Shown here: piece after piece, positions 49,753 through 60,238 of the stretch
Layout of the letters: each line of letters opens with the position of its first letter
Position numbering within the stretch: position 1 is the stretch's first letter
From: an uncultured Pseudomonadota bacterium
Lineage (GTDB): Bacteria; Oederibacteriota; Muellerivitia; Muellerivitales; Muellerivitaceae
Direction of reading: 5' to 3'
Assembly: GCA_963770835.1 (NCBI GenBank)
Contig: CAVYRH010000005.1
Location: 348,051 to 412,050, forward strand
Length of the DNA stretch: 64,000 nt
The notes under the pieces: model-generated
Told to the model about the DNA's origin: nothing
What the model saw: the letters and a program-made list of their open reading frames with translations, nothing else
The model's database searches: none
Program-made: the position numbers and the translations under genes

Positions 49753-50472
49753 ATGAAAAGGACGATTTTCCTTTGGGGCGTTTTTTTCACCACCCTGCCC
49801 CTCATAAGCCTGGCGGACGGCCTTCCGGAACCACAAGAGTTTCACCATCCCTCAAATTCCATTTCACCGGCGGATTCCTTGAAAATGCTCGAGAACGATA
49901 AGAATTACGTTGATCTCTCTTCTTTCCCCCATGTCGTCATCGCTTTGAAATACGCCACCACTGACAATTTCATGGGGATTAATATGTATGGTCCCTTCAA
50001 CAAAGCCTTTCTCCACAAAGACTCCGCCACAAAATTCCGTAAAGCCGTGGAAATACTGCAGAAGGAAAAACCCGGATGGTCTTTCATCGTCTTCGATTCT
50101 CTCCGCCCACATTCGGTTCAATGGATCATGTGGAACCGGGTGAAAGACACTCCCCAGCGTAAATACGTGGCCAACGCCGAAATCGGCTCACCCCACAACT
50201 ATGGGATGGCCCTGGACATCAGCCTTCTGGATGAAAAGGGGAAGGAACTGGACATGGGGACGGGGTTTGATTCCTTTTCTGGTCTTTCTGAACCCAAGCT
50301 CGAGGATAAATTCGTTAAGGAAGGGAAGCTGACCCAACACCAGTTGAACAACCGGCTGATCTTAAGGAAGGTCATGACCGAGGCGGGATTCCTTCAGCTC
50401 TCCCACGAATGGTGGCATTACAACGCACTACCAGAACCGGAAATCAGGAAGAAATATAAGATCGTTGAATAA
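49753..50472 (+). CDS. D-Ala-D-Ala dipeptidase (VanX/DdpX, M15D)
   Basis: LKYATTDNF, DSLRP, SPHNYGMALD (SxHxxGxAxD), EWWHY. Confidence 0.9.
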   Translation: MKRTIFLWGVFFTTLPLISLADGLPEPQEFHHPSNSISPADSLKMLENDKNYVDLSSFPHVVIALKYATTDNFMGINMYGPFNKAFLHKDSATKFRKAVEILQKEKPGWSFIVFDSLRPHSVQWIMWNRVKDTPQRKYVANAEIGSPHNYGMALDISLLDEKGKELDMGTGFDSFSGLSEPKLEDKFVKEGKLTQHQLNNRLILRKVMTEAGFLQLSHEWWHYNALPEPEIRKKYKIVE

Positions 50473-50508
50473 TCGGCTAGAAGGTTTTAATTCCGAGTGG
50501 AAAAAAGA

Positions 50509-52822
50509 TTAGAACCCCTCATCGGGGTAGGCTTCCTGGGCGCTGGCGGGTTTCTTCTCGTTCGTTGGGTTTTCTTCCTCGCCGCCGGGCGTGGCGGAGG
50601 CGCTGGTGGGGGCTGATTTAACGGCCGGGGCGTTCATCTCCAAAATATCCTCACCCGGCTGGGCGGAAACACCCTCGCCGCTGGTTTCGCCAGGAACGGC
50701 TTCCTCACTCCCGCTTCCCGTGTGGAGGTTGCAGAGCCGGGTCGGGGCCGTTTCCTTCTTGAAGATTTCATCCCGGGTACGAAGGCAGAAGGCTGTCGCC
50801 AGTAGGCCCGAATCCAGGCAGATTCTCTTATGCACGAAGTCGTTCTCTAGGCCCTTGGGCGGCTGGAAATCATCCGCGGGTTTTCCTTCCATGGCGGCTT
50901 TCATGAATTCGGCCCAAATGGGCGCGGCGGCTTCGCCGCCCGTCTGTTTTTTCCCCAGGCTTTGCCGCTCGTCATACCCGATCCAGACCCCACAGGTGAG
51001 GTCTGGGCGTGAAGCCAATGAACCATGCGTCCACGTTATCGTTGGTGGTCCCGGTCTTGCCGGCGGCGGGATAGGTGAAACCCAGCCGGCGGATGATACG
51101 GCCCGTGCCGTGGTCGATGACGTCCTTCATGGTGTGGACCATGATATAGGCCACGTCGGGGTCCAGAACCGGTTCACCCGCAGGCGTGTTGTTTTCCAAA
51201 ACATGGCCCGAAGCATCCTTGACCGTCAGGATGCCGAAAGGCTCCACGCGCACTCCCTGGTTGTCGAAAACCGAAAAGGCCTGGACCATTTCTTCCAACG
51301 TCACCTCAGAGGTCCCCAACCCCAGGGTCAGGTTGGGCTTGATGGGGGTGGTGATGCCCATGCGCCGGGCCACGTTGACCACCGGCTGGATGCCTAATTT
51401 TTCCAAGAGTTTGATGGTGACGACGTTGATGGAATACATGAGGGCCGTGTGAAGAGTGGTGGGCCCCCGGAACTTGCCTGAAAAATTGGTAGGCCGCCAG
51501 GGTTTGCCGGTGATAGGGTCCGGGTAAACCACCGGGGTGTCCAGGAAGACGTCGGCCATGGTGTAGCCATTCTCGATAGCGGCGGTATAAATGAAGGGTT
51601 TGAAGGCCGAACCAGGCTGGCGTTTAGCCTGGATGGCCCGGTTAAAGACGCTCTTGCGGTAGTCAATGCCGCCGATCATGGCGCGGATGGCGCCGGTGTG
51701 GGGGTCCATGGCCAAAAGCGCCCCTTGGATGGGCTGGTCCACGGGGATATTGGTGAGCCGGTTCTTGCGGGCCACGATTTCGGCGTTGGCCACCCCTTGG
51801 GAAAGGGCCTCCTGGGCGGCTTCCTGCATCTTTAAGTCCAGGGTTGTATAAACCGACAACCCTCCCTTATAAACTGCGTTGTCCCCGTAACGAGATACCA
51901 GCTGGTCGCGGACGTACTCCACAAAATACGGAGCGTTCTGGACCTCGATTTTCTTGAGCTCAATTGGGACGTTCTTGGCGTCGGTGGCTTCCTGTTGGGT
52001 GATGAAACTATGGTCGGCCATAGCGTTCAAAACCAAGTTTCTACGAGCCAAGGCTGACAATGGGTGTTTATAAGCATCATATTCACTGGGGGCTTTGGGC
52101 AAGGTGGCCAGATAGGCGCACTCGGGCATGGTAAGTTCTCCCACATGCTTTCCGAAATAGCTTCGGGCGGCGGATTCCACCCCATATGCGCCCTCCCCGA
52201 AGTAAATCTGGTTGAGGTACATTTCCAAAATTTCCTTTTTCGAATAGTTGCGCTCAATTTGAAGAGCTAGAAGGGCTTCCCGAATTCTGCGACTCAGCGT
52301 CCTATCAGGTGTAAGAAAAAGGTTTTTGGCGAGCTGTTCGGTTAGGGTACTAGCGCCCTGTCGTACCCCTCCCGCGGTCGCGTTTATGATAAATGCCCGG
52401 AGAATACCAATCGGATCAATGCCCCAATGTTGATAAAACCTGTCGTCCTCAATGGCAATAATTGCGTTTTGGAGGTCCATGGGAATTTGGCCCAGAGGCA
52501 CTACGGTGCGCTGTTCCAACCAAAGCTGGCTGACCAACTCGCCGTTGACGTCGTAAATGCGGGTGGCTTGGGAAGGGCTGGTGGCTTGAAGAAGCTTGAT
52601 GTCCGGCAGCTCCTGCAATTCCGCGTAAAGGAACCCGATGCCGATGCCGGCAAGGGCGAAACAAATGGCGAAGCTGACTTTCAGGAAGGTGAGAAAGGGA
52701 CGGCGGGTTTTTTCAATTTTTTCGGTCGACAAATCTTTCCTCGGGTCCTGAGTTTTGAGCGGCTTATTATAGCCACACCGATTCCTTTTCAATAGCCCGT
52801 TCGTGGCGCAAAGACAGGGCAT
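50509..52822 (-). CDS. Class A penicillin-binding protein 1A (apparent 1-nt frameshift near 51005)
   Basis: EDDRFYQHWG, GASTLTEQL, RQPGSAFKP (SxxK), SIN, KTG; DAWFIGFTP joins DLTCGVWIGYD only across a frameshift; start uncertain. Confidence 0.9.
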
Positions 52823-52840
52823 TTGTTATGATGTGGCCCC

Positions 52841-54103
52841 ATGAAAACCACCTTTTCCAAAACACCCGAACAACAAGTGGAGGAACTCCTTCGAGGAACC
52901 GCCGAAGTCATTTCGCGGCAGGAACTTTTGGACAAGCTCGAGGAGTCCCACAAAGAGGGAAGGCCGCTCAAAGTAAAGTGGGGTGCGGACCCTTCAGCGC
53001 CGGACATCCACCTGGGCCACACGGTAGTCCTGCGGAAACTGCGGCAATTCCAAGACTTGGGCCACAAAGTTCAGTTTTTGATCGGGGATTTCACCGCCAT
53101 GATCGGCGACCCCACCGGCAAATCGACCGCCCGCAAACCCCTGACCCGCGAGGAAGTGAAAATCAACGCCAAGACCTATTTGGAGCAGGTCTTCAAGGTG
53201 TTGGACAAGGACCCGGCTAAGATCGAAATCCGCTATAACAGCGAATGGTGCCGGCCCATGAGCTTTGAAGACGTCATTCGGCTTGCCTCCAAATACACCG
53301 TAGCCCGTATCCTGGAACGGGACGACTTTACCAACCGAATGAAGGAACAACGCCCCATCAACCTACATGAATTGCTTTATCCCCTGATCCAGGGTTACGA
53401 CTCGGTAGAGTTGCAGTCGGACGTGGAAATGTGTGGAACGGACCAGAAATTCAACTGTTTGGTGGGCCGGGCCTTGCAGGAAGAGTCGGGCCAAAAACCC
53501 GAAGTGATCCTTTCTATGCCCATCCTGGAGGGGCTGGACGGGGTCAAAAAAATGTCCAAAAGCCTTGGGAATTATGTGGGGGTGACTGATCCGCCCAATG
53601 ACATGTTTGGGAAATTAATGAGCATTTCGGATGATTTAATGTGGAAGTATTTTCAGTTATTGGCAGATTGGACTGATCAGGAATGTAACAACACAAAAGG
53701 TGAAATATTAAGAGGCAATTTACATCCAAAATCTGTAAAAGAAGATTTGGCATATTTGATTTCTAAAAGATTTTATGGAGCCCAAAAAGCAGATGAAGCA
53801 AAAAAATATTTCGAGAGTCGAAACAATATTTCTTCCGAGACTTTTGAACTAGGTGGATTCCTTAAATATAAACAATTTCAGGTAAAGTCGAAAATTTACA
53901 ACATAGTTGACCTTCTGGTTGATACTAAAATCGCTAAAACCCGAAGCGATGCTAAACGTTTGATCGACCAAAAAGCTGTTGAATGGGCAGACAAAAATGG
54001 TCGAAAGGTAATTTCCTCATTCAAAGAAGCAATTGAAATTACTAAGGAAACCCAGGGTATTCTTCAATGTGGAAAGATTTTGCTAGGAATTGTTGGTGAT
54101 TAA
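52841..54103 (+). CDS. tyrS: Tyrosine--tRNA ligase
   Basis: [13 protein letters not shown] (HIGH), [22 protein letters not shown]-terminal S4-like domain. Confidence 0.96.
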   Translation: MKTTFSKTPEQQVEELLRGTAEVISRQELLDKLEESHKEGRPLKVKWGADPSAPDIHLGHTVVLRKLRQFQDLGHKVQFLIGDFTAMIGDPTGKSTARKPLTREEVKINAKTYLEQVFKVLDKDPAKIEIRYNSEWCRPMSFEDVIRLASKYTVARILERDDFTNRMKEQRPINLHELLYPLIQGYDSVELQSDVEMCGTDQKFNCLVGRALQEESGQKPEVILSMPILEGLDGVKKMSKSLGNYVGVTDPPNDMFGKLMSISDDLMWKYFQLLADWTDQECNNTKGEILRGNLHPKSVKEDLAYLISKRFYGAQKADEAKKYFESRNNISSETFELGGFLKYKQFQVKSKIYNIVDLLVDTKIAKTRSDAKRLIDQKAVEWADKNGRKVISSFKEAIEITKETQGILQCGKILLGIVGD

Positions 54104-54130
54104 AAAGTTTTAGTTAAACCAAGGTTTTGT

Positions 54131-55879
54131 TTGAAAATAAAAAAGTTGGTTTTTTTCTTCCTGGCGGTTCTGCTGACCGTCCGGGTGTTCGCCGATCCTA
54201 ACTTGGACATCAAAGTGGACCAAGTGGGATACCTGCCCGATCAACCTAAAAGCGCTTTTATTTCCTCCCCGAAAGCCAGGGGAACCTTCCAAGTGTTGCG
54301 CGTATCGGATCACCATGTTGTCCTTAAGGGAAAACTGGGGGAACCGATAACCGACCCTGATTCGGGCGATACATTGCGCGAGGCGGATTTTTCTTTTCTC
54401 CAGGAAACGGGTGACTTTTATCTCAAGGTCAGTGGTGTGGGAGAGAGCTATTCCTTTCATATCGCACCGGATGTTTATGTTGACGCTTATTACCTTTGTA
54501 TGCGCTCGTACTACGGCCAAAGGTGTGGCATCAAAGTCGACCTGGGCCCAAGGTTTCCCCAATACCACCATGAGGCCTGCCATACCGAGGATGGTACCTT
54601 TCATCCTTCTTCGGGTAAAAACGGGTTCAAGCCAGCCACCAAGGGTTGGCATGACGCTGGGGATTACGGCAAATACATAGTCAACTCCGGGATCGCCACC
54701 GGCACCCTGCTTTGGGCTTATGAATGGTATCCCGAAAAAATCGGGGCTATCCGCCTGGATCTTCCGGAGACGGGAAATGGCCTTCCCGACATCCTCAATG
54801 AGATCAAATGGAACCTGGACTGGATGCTGGCCATGCAGGATTCGGACGGCGGGGTATGGCATAAACTGACCACCCAGAAATTCTGTAGTTTCGTGGCGCC
54901 TGAAAAGGATGACGGCGGAAAAAGGTACATTATCGGCACGGGCAAGGATCCCTATAAAAGTTCCGGCGCCACCGCCGACTTTGCGGCGGTCATGGCCATG
55001 GCCGCGCGCACTTATCAGCCCTTCCTTCCTGAATACGCCAAACAATGCGGGCAAGCCGCCCAAAAGGCCTGGAAGTGGGTCATCGCCCACCCCGATGTCA
55101 TCTTTTCTAACCCGCCGGGTGTTTCAACCGGCGGCTACGGGGATGGGGACTGCGCGGATGAAATCCTTTGGGCCTCGGCGGAACTGTTCTATTTGACCGG
55201 CGGCCAGGAGTACAACCGGTACTTCGTGGAGAATTACAAGCGCTATCCCGTATCCGACCTTTGGCCCCAAGCCTGGGGCACGGTCTCTAATTTGGCCCTC
55301 TGGGACTATGATTTTTCGGGCCGCGAAGAGGCCGACGCCGAAACGGTGGCGGACATCGAAGTCCAAACTTTGAAAGCCGCCGACAGTGTCGTCGAGGCTT
55401 CCCGGAAAACCGGTTACCATCACAGCCTCCGGTCCGCCAATTACATATGGGGTTCCAACGCCGTGGCCGCCAATTTCGGGGTTATGCTTTTGGCCGCCAA
55501 TCGTATACATCCCAACGCCGCTTATGTATCTACAGCCCTGGAAAACCTGCATTACCTTTTTGGACGGAACACTTTCAGTCTTTGCTTTGTAACCCAGCTT
55601 GGAAGCCATTCAACGACTCATCCCCATCATCGGCCTAGCGCGGCTTTAGGGTTGCCCCAACCCTGGCCCGGCCTTTTGGCGGGCGGGCCCAACCAATACC
55701 CGGGGGATACGGTGCTTCGCCAGTTGCCCAAGGGGCCTCCGGCCCGGTCCTATGTGGATGAACAAGGCTCTTATTCTTCCAACGAAGTTGCCATTAATTG
55801 GAACGCCCCCCTAGTGCTTCTTTTAGCTGGCAGCTTGCCGGATGGTCCTAAAGTGGAAAATCACGCGGATTCACACTGA
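54131..55879 (+). CDS. Glycoside hydrolase family 9 (endoglucanase) with N-terminal Ig domain
   Basis: VDQVGYLPDQPK, GWHDAGDYGKY, HPHHRPS, YVDEQGSYSSNEVAINWNAP. Confidence 0.93.
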   Translation: MKIKKLVFFFLAVLLTVRVFADPNLDIKVDQVGYLPDQPKSAFISSPKARGTFQVLRVSDHHVVLKGKLGEPITDPDSGDTLREADFSFLQETGDFYLKVSGVGESYSFHIAPDVYVDAYYLCMRSYYGQRCGIKVDLGPRFPQYHHEACHTEDGTFHPSSGKNGFKPATKGWHDAGDYGKYIVNSGIATGTLLWAYEWYPEKIGAIRLDLPETGNGLPDILNEIKWNLDWMLAMQDSDGGVWHKLTTQKFCSFVAPEKDDGGKRYIIGTGKDPYKSSGATADFAAVMAMAARTYQPFLPEYAKQCGQAAQKAWKWVIAHPDVIFSNPPGVSTGGYGDGDCADEILWASAELFYLTGGQEYNRYFVENYKRYPVSDLWPQAWGTVSNLALWDYDFSGREEADAETVADIEVQTLKAADSVVEASRKTGYHHSLRSANYIWGSNAVAANFGVMLLAANRIHPNAAYVSTALENLHYLFGRNTFSLCFVTQLGSHSTTHPHHRPSAALGLPQPWPGLLAGGPNQYPGDTVLRQLPKGPPARSYVDEQGSYSSNEVAINWNAPLVLLLAGSLPDGPKVENHADSH

Positions 55880-56116
55880 TCTCTAAAAATAAAATCCCAT
55901 TTTTAGTAGCCTTCTTTCGCGGCGCTCAGTTATAATTTTGACCAACAAAGGTTCGTTTTCATGGGTCGCTTTCCAGGAAAACGGCCTTTTGTCGTTTTAG
56001 GGCAAAATTTTCCGCGGAAAACCCTTATTTTTTAGGTTCACGAAACCAACCCAATCCCCTAAAACGCCGGAAATGAAAAATTTTGAAAAAATTATTTTAT
56101 TATGTGGGGTTCAAAA

Positions 56117-56866
56117 ATGAGCGGCCATAGCAAATGGGCGAAAGTCAAAAGGTATAAAGGCGCGCTGGACCAGAAGCGCGGACAGGTTTTCTCCCGGCTG
56201 TCCAAGGAAATCCAGTTGGCGGCCAAGAGCGGGGGCGACCCGGACACCAATTTGCGCCTGCGGACGATCCTGCTCAAGGCCAAAGAAGTCAGCATGCCCG
56301 CCGACACCATCAAACGGGCCATCAATAAAGGAACCGGCGCCGAAGCCGGGGCAGCCCTGGAAGAAATGCTCTATGAAGGATATGGCCCGGCGGGAGTGGC
56401 CATCTTGGTCGAGGCCGTATCGGATAACCGTAACCGCACCGCCGCGGATATCCGTTCCGTGTTCGCGAAATACAACGGAAATATGGGGGAGTCAGGATCG
56501 GTCAGTTTCTTGTTCGATAAAAAAGGCCTCATCATCATCAAGAAAGAAGCTATCAGTGAAGATGATTTGATGGGCGTGGTTTTGGACGCGGGAGCCGAAG
56601 ACCTGAAAACGGATAAAGCCGATGTTTATGAGGTCACCACCTCGCCGGAAGCCTTTGAAAAAGTGAAGAAGGCATTGGAAGATAAAAAAATAGCGACGGA
56701 AAGCGCGGAGGTCACCATGATTCCCAAGACCACCGTGCCCCTGGACGTAAAGAAAGCCGAGTCGGTTTTGAAGCTCTACGACGCGCTGGATGAGCACGAC
56801 GACGTCCTGAATGTTTACGCGAATTTCGAGATCAGCGACGAAATCATGGCGAAGCTTGAGAGGTAA
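56117..56866 (+). CDS. yebC: YebC/PmpR family protein
   Basis: MSGHSKWA, YEGYGPAGVA, DNRNRT, DDVLNVYAN. Confidence 0.96.
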   Translation: MSGHSKWAKVKRYKGALDQKRGQVFSRLSKEIQLAAKSGGDPDTNLRLRTILLKAKEVSMPADTIKRAINKGTGAEAGAALEEMLYEGYGPAGVAILVEAVSDNRNRTAADIRSVFAKYNGNMGESGSVSFLFDKKGLIIIKKEAISEDDLMGVVLDAGAEDLKTDKADVYEVTTSPEAFEKVKKALEDKKIATESAEVTMIPKTTVPLDVKKAESVLKLYDALDEHDDVLNVYANFEISDEIMAKLER

Positions 56867-56937
56867 ATAAAATTAAACATCTCGGCACCGCCCCTTGGCC
56901 TTCGGCCAAGGGCGTAAGCGAAACGCCAGGAAAGATT

Positions 56938-57516
56938 GTGGAAAAGGCCGACAAGAACCCTGTGGCGGCAAGCGCAAGAGTGGTACTTGGTATCGACCCG
57001 GGCATCGCCCGGATGGGGTATGGGGTCGTGGTGCAACAAGGCCACCAAATGAGGGCCGCACAATATGGAACCCTAACGACGGAAGCCCATCGTCCGTTGG
57101 AAGAACGACTGGTGGAAATGTTTGGGAAGGTCCAGAAAGTGTTAAAGAAGGTGAAGCCGCAGGTGGTGGCCATGGAGGAATTGTTTTTTTCCCGCAACGC
57201 GAAGTCGGCCATCGCGGTCGGGCAGGCAAGGGGGGTTGCGCTCCTGGCCTGCGGCTTGGCGGGGCTTCCCGTTTACGAATACCGCCCCATGGAAGTGAAG
57301 CAGGCCGTGGCTGGTTACGGCGGCGCGGACAAGGAGCAGGTCCAGAAGATGGTGAAATTGTTGCTGGGGCTGGCTGAAATCCCCAAACCCGACGACACGG
57401 CGGATGCCCTGGCTATTGCCATCACGCATGCGCAGTGTTCGGGAACGCGGCTGTCGGAGGCCGTTAAAAAACTTTCCCGCCAGACGGGTGGCGGTTCAAC
57501 GTCTTGGAAACGATAG
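56938..57516 (+). CDS. ruvC: Crossover junction endodeoxyribonuclease RuvC
   Basis: LGIDPG, EELFF, GQARG, KPDDTADALAIA; start may be GTG at 56980. Confidence 0.95.
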   Translation: MEKADKNPVAASARVVLGIDPGIARMGYGVVVQQGHQMRAAQYGTLTTEAHRPLEERLVEMFGKVQKVLKKVKPQVVAMEELFFSRNAKSAIAVGQARGVALLACGLAGLPVYEYRPMEVKQAVAGYGGADKEQVQKMVKLLLGLAEIPKPDDTADALAIAITHAQCSGTRLSEAVKKLSRQTGGGSTSWKR

Positions 57517-57529
57517 GAGAAACAGTACT

Positions 57530-58093
57530 ATGAAATGCAAAAATTGCCGCAACAAGCTTTTCGAAAACGCCCGGTATTGCCCCGAATGCGGTTATCCGGC
57601 GGACGAAAAATTCAACGTTACCGCTGAGGATTTCTTGCGGGACACCCTTAACAAGGGAAAAAGCGAAAAGCTGAGCCCCGACAGCGGGACACCCATGACC
57701 ATCTTAGAGCACCAGGGACATGAATACCTTTGGGACGAGGAAATCCTCGGAGTTTGGGTGGACAAGAGCATCCTGGAGGGAATCGACCGCGAAGCGGCCC
57801 AGGTTGTGTTCGAGAACCTGAACGAGGACGATCAAAAGTATTTCAACCAGGCCAAGGAACATATCAAACTGAGGGCCTCGGGTTTGAAGAGCCCCGTCAC
57901 CGAGAACGAACTGGATGAACATTATTACAAAGCCCTGGTGATCGACGAGGATTTTGAAAGCAAGGGCCTGTGGCTGGACCAAGCCGTCATTTCCTTCTGG
58001 TACGCCGCAACACTAAACAAGGAAGCCCCGGCTTTGACCCAGGTTGAGGAGTTGTTGCACATATTGGTCCACCTTAAGTTCCTGGAAGACTAG
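57530..58093 (+). CDS. Hypothetical protein: zinc ribbon plus two Cys-less zf-TFIIB-like repeats
   Basis: RBS AGGAG; CKNC..CPEC N-terminus; SPDSGTPM..GVWVD and SPVTENEL..GLWLD repeats. Confidence 0.7.
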   Translation: MKCKNCRNKLFENARYCPECGYPADEKFNVTAEDFLRDTLNKGKSEKLSPDSGTPMTILEHQGHEYLWDEEILGVWVDKSILEGIDREAAQVVFENLNEDDQKYFNQAKEHIKLRASGLKSPVTENELDEHYYKALVIDEDFESKGLWLDQAVISFWYAATLNKEAPALTQVEELLHILVHLKFLED

Positions 58094-58144
58094 GTCGCCT
58101 CAAACCGGTGGAATTCAAATTTCCCGACGCTGTTTGGAGGGTTG

Positions 58145-58753
58145 ATGATCGCTTTCCTGCAGGGAGTCTTGACCGGAAAGTTGCCAGACCGGGTGGAAGT
58201 GGACGTGAACGGCGTCGGTTACGAGGTCTTTGTCTCCCAAAAAACTTTGCACGCTGTGCCCGCCGTAGGCCAGAACGTGCTTTTAAAAACCCATCTTCAT
58301 GTTCGCGAGGACTTGCTTCAACTCTTCGGGTTCTTGAAGGACTCGGAAAAACAGGCTTTTCTCTTGGCCCTCTCGGTTTCGGGGGTGGGCCCCAAAGCCG
58401 CTATGAACATTCTTTCGACCTTCGCTCCCGAAGCCATTTACCAGGCCGTGCTTCATAACGACCTTGTTTCATTGAAATCCATCCCCGGCATCGGCCAAAA
58501 AACCGCCCAGCACATCATTTTAGAGCTAAAGGACAAGGTAACTAAGATCGTAGGCGGGGGGGTATTAGCGGAAGAGATCACTTTTAACGCTGAAACCAAG
58601 AATATCTCCGATTCCGTTCAAGCCATGATGGCCTTGGGATATTCAGCGGCGGAATCCCGCCGGGCGGTTTTGACCGCGGTCCAGGCCCTGGGGGAAAAAT
58701 CCACAGTTGAAGAAATTTTGCGGTCTAGCTTAAAATCTATCGCTGCCCCCTAA
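58145..58753 (+). CDS. ruvA: Holliday junction branch migration protein RuvA
   Basis: VNGVGYEV, HVRED..LFGF, VSGVGPK, IPGIGQKTA, ALGY domain III. Confidence 0.96.
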   Translation: MIAFLQGVLTGKLPDRVEVDVNGVGYEVFVSQKTLHAVPAVGQNVLLKTHLHVREDLLQLFGFLKDSEKQAFLLALSVSGVGPKAAMNILSTFAPEAIYQAVLHNDLVSLKSIPGIGQKTAQHIILELKDKVTKIVGGGVLAEEITFNAETKNISDSVQAMMALGYSAAESRRAVLTAVQALGEKSTVEEILRSSLKSIAAP

Positions 58754-58783
58754 TGGGGGGGCGAACAACTTGGGAGAAATCGG

Positions 58784-58966
58784 ATGAAAAATTTTAGCCT
58801 TCCGCGGTTGGCGCTGGTTTTATGGTTTTTGAACTATTCCATTTTCTCGGTTTTCAGCTATGTCTGGGGGAATGGGCGCCATTTCATCATGGATTTCATC
58901 GTCTACGCGTCGGTTTGGGTTGTCGTCGAGTTGGTGTTCTTGGGCCTCATTGAAGATAAGATGTGA
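58784..58966 (+). CDS. Small hypothetical membrane protein (60 aa)
   Basis: RBS GGAG; two hydrophobic stretches. Confidence 0.45.
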   Translation: MKNFSLPRLALVLWFLNYSIFSVFSYVWGNGRHFIMDFIVYASVWVVVELVFLGLIEDKM

Positions 58967-59001
58967 TTGAAGTGGGAAGAAAAACCAAGGAGAAGCATAA
59001 A

Positions 59002-60114
59002 ATGAGAAAATTTTTGAGTTTTAGTTTGGCCGCTTTGATGCTGTCGGCTTCTGCGGCCTTCGCGGCGGTGGTTGAGGACTGGTCGAGCATAGCCTCGGGC
59101 AATACCGGCAGCTTCCAGGACAGCAATGGTTCCAAGATTGATTTCGCGACGGACGCGGGCCCGGACGGTGGCAAGGCACTGAAACTAACCACCAACCTGG
59201 TGACGGGGGGCTATGTCGGCATTTGGCATAACATCACCGCCGACTTGTCCAAGAGCGGATCCTTGAAGTTCAAGGCAAAGTCCACGGTCCCGGGGGATGT
59301 CCAGATCGCTCTCAAAGACGCCTATAACGTACAATATGTGACGAAATTCTCCATCCCGTCCACCAGCTGGACGGTCGTGGAAGTGCCTCTTTCTTCCTTC
59401 GCTAAGGACCCCTATTACACCCCGCCAGACGCTATCGCTGGCCATCCTATGGATTTGAGCAAGACCTCCGGGATGAATTTCCAACCCCAGATGGCCGGGG
59501 CCGCAGTAGTTGAAATCGGGGCCGTGGAGACTTCGGGAACCGCCAGTGCCTCCGCTGGTTCGACTTCTTCCACTGTTTCTTCGCCCGCTGTCGCTTCGGC
59601 CGCGACGGGCCCGGGTGTGCAAGTGCTGGATTGTACGGGTCTTGCCAATGATGGCAAAAGCGCAGGAACTTTCCAGGACAGCACTGGTTCCACTTTTGCG
59701 TTCGCGGTCAAGGATAATTCCGGCAAGAAATACCTTTCAATTAACTATGACTTGAAACAGGGTGGTTATTGCGGGATGTGGTGCAGAGCCGGTGGGTCCG
59801 ATTGGAATGGGACTGATTTATCAAAAGCCAAAACACTCAACATTATGATTTTTTCAAAGGATCCTGTTGTTCTCGAGATTGCTTTGAAGGATAAGAATAA
59901 TAATCAATATGATGCGAATACACCCGCCACCAAGGGTGGCAAATGGGAATTGGTGTCAATCCCCATGGATTCTTTCCATCTAGACGCTTATTACACGCCG
60001 CCGGATGCCATCAAGGGGGCTCCGAAGGATTTGAGTAAGGTTACTACTTTTAACATCCAGGCGAATACGGTAGGGAAATTCACTATTGGGGTGAACAGCG
60101 TCGTCGGTAACTAA
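59002..60114 (+). CDS. Secreted tandem CBM11/CIA30-like carbohydrate-binding protein
   Basis: Signal peptide; two homologous domains (GSFQDSNGS/GTFQDSTGS; DPYYTPPDAI..DLSK/DAYYTPPDAI..DLSK) joined by a Ser/Ala/Thr linker. Confidence 0.7.
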   Translation: MRKFLSFSLAALMLSASAAFAAVVEDWSSIASGNTGSFQDSNGSKIDFATDAGPDGGKALKLTTNLVTGGYVGIWHNITADLSKSGSLKFKAKSTVPGDVQIALKDAYNVQYVTKFSIPSTSWTVVEVPLSSFAKDPYYTPPDAIAGHPMDLSKTSGMNFQPQMAGAAVVEIGAVETSGTASASAGSTSSTVSSPAVASAATGPGVQVLDCTGLANDGKSAGTFQDSTGSTFAFAVKDNSGKKYLSINYDLKQGGYCGMWCRAGGSDWNGTDLSKAKTLNIMIFSKDPVVLEIALKDKNNNQYDANTPATKGGKWELVSIPMDSFHLDAYYTPPDAIKGAPKDLSKVTTFNIQANTVGKFTIGVNSVVGN

Positions 60115-60139
60115 ACGTCGCGTTTAAATCTTATTTGAG

Positions 60140-60175
60140 TCCCCGGGTTTCATCCGAAATCCGGGGATTTTTTTT
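60140..60175 (+). terminator. Rho-independent terminator
   Basis: TCCCCGGGTTTC-atcc-GAAATCCGGGGA then T run. Confidence 0.85.
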
Positions 60176-60189
60176 GCCGCCCTTCCTCA

Positions 60190-60218
60190 TTGACGCTGGG
60201 CAGAGGGCTAGTTAAACT
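60190..60218 (+). promoter_or_regulatory. Sigma70 promoter of tRNA-Thr
   Basis: TTGACG-17 bp-TAAACT about 20 nt upstream of the tRNA. Confidence 0.7.
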
Positions 60219-60238
60219 TTCCATCCTTACACCTCAAT

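Noticed and set aside
56889..56914. Hairpin between yebC and ruvC as a terminator
   Set aside because: Stable stem but no U tract and lies inside an apparent operon; function not supportable.
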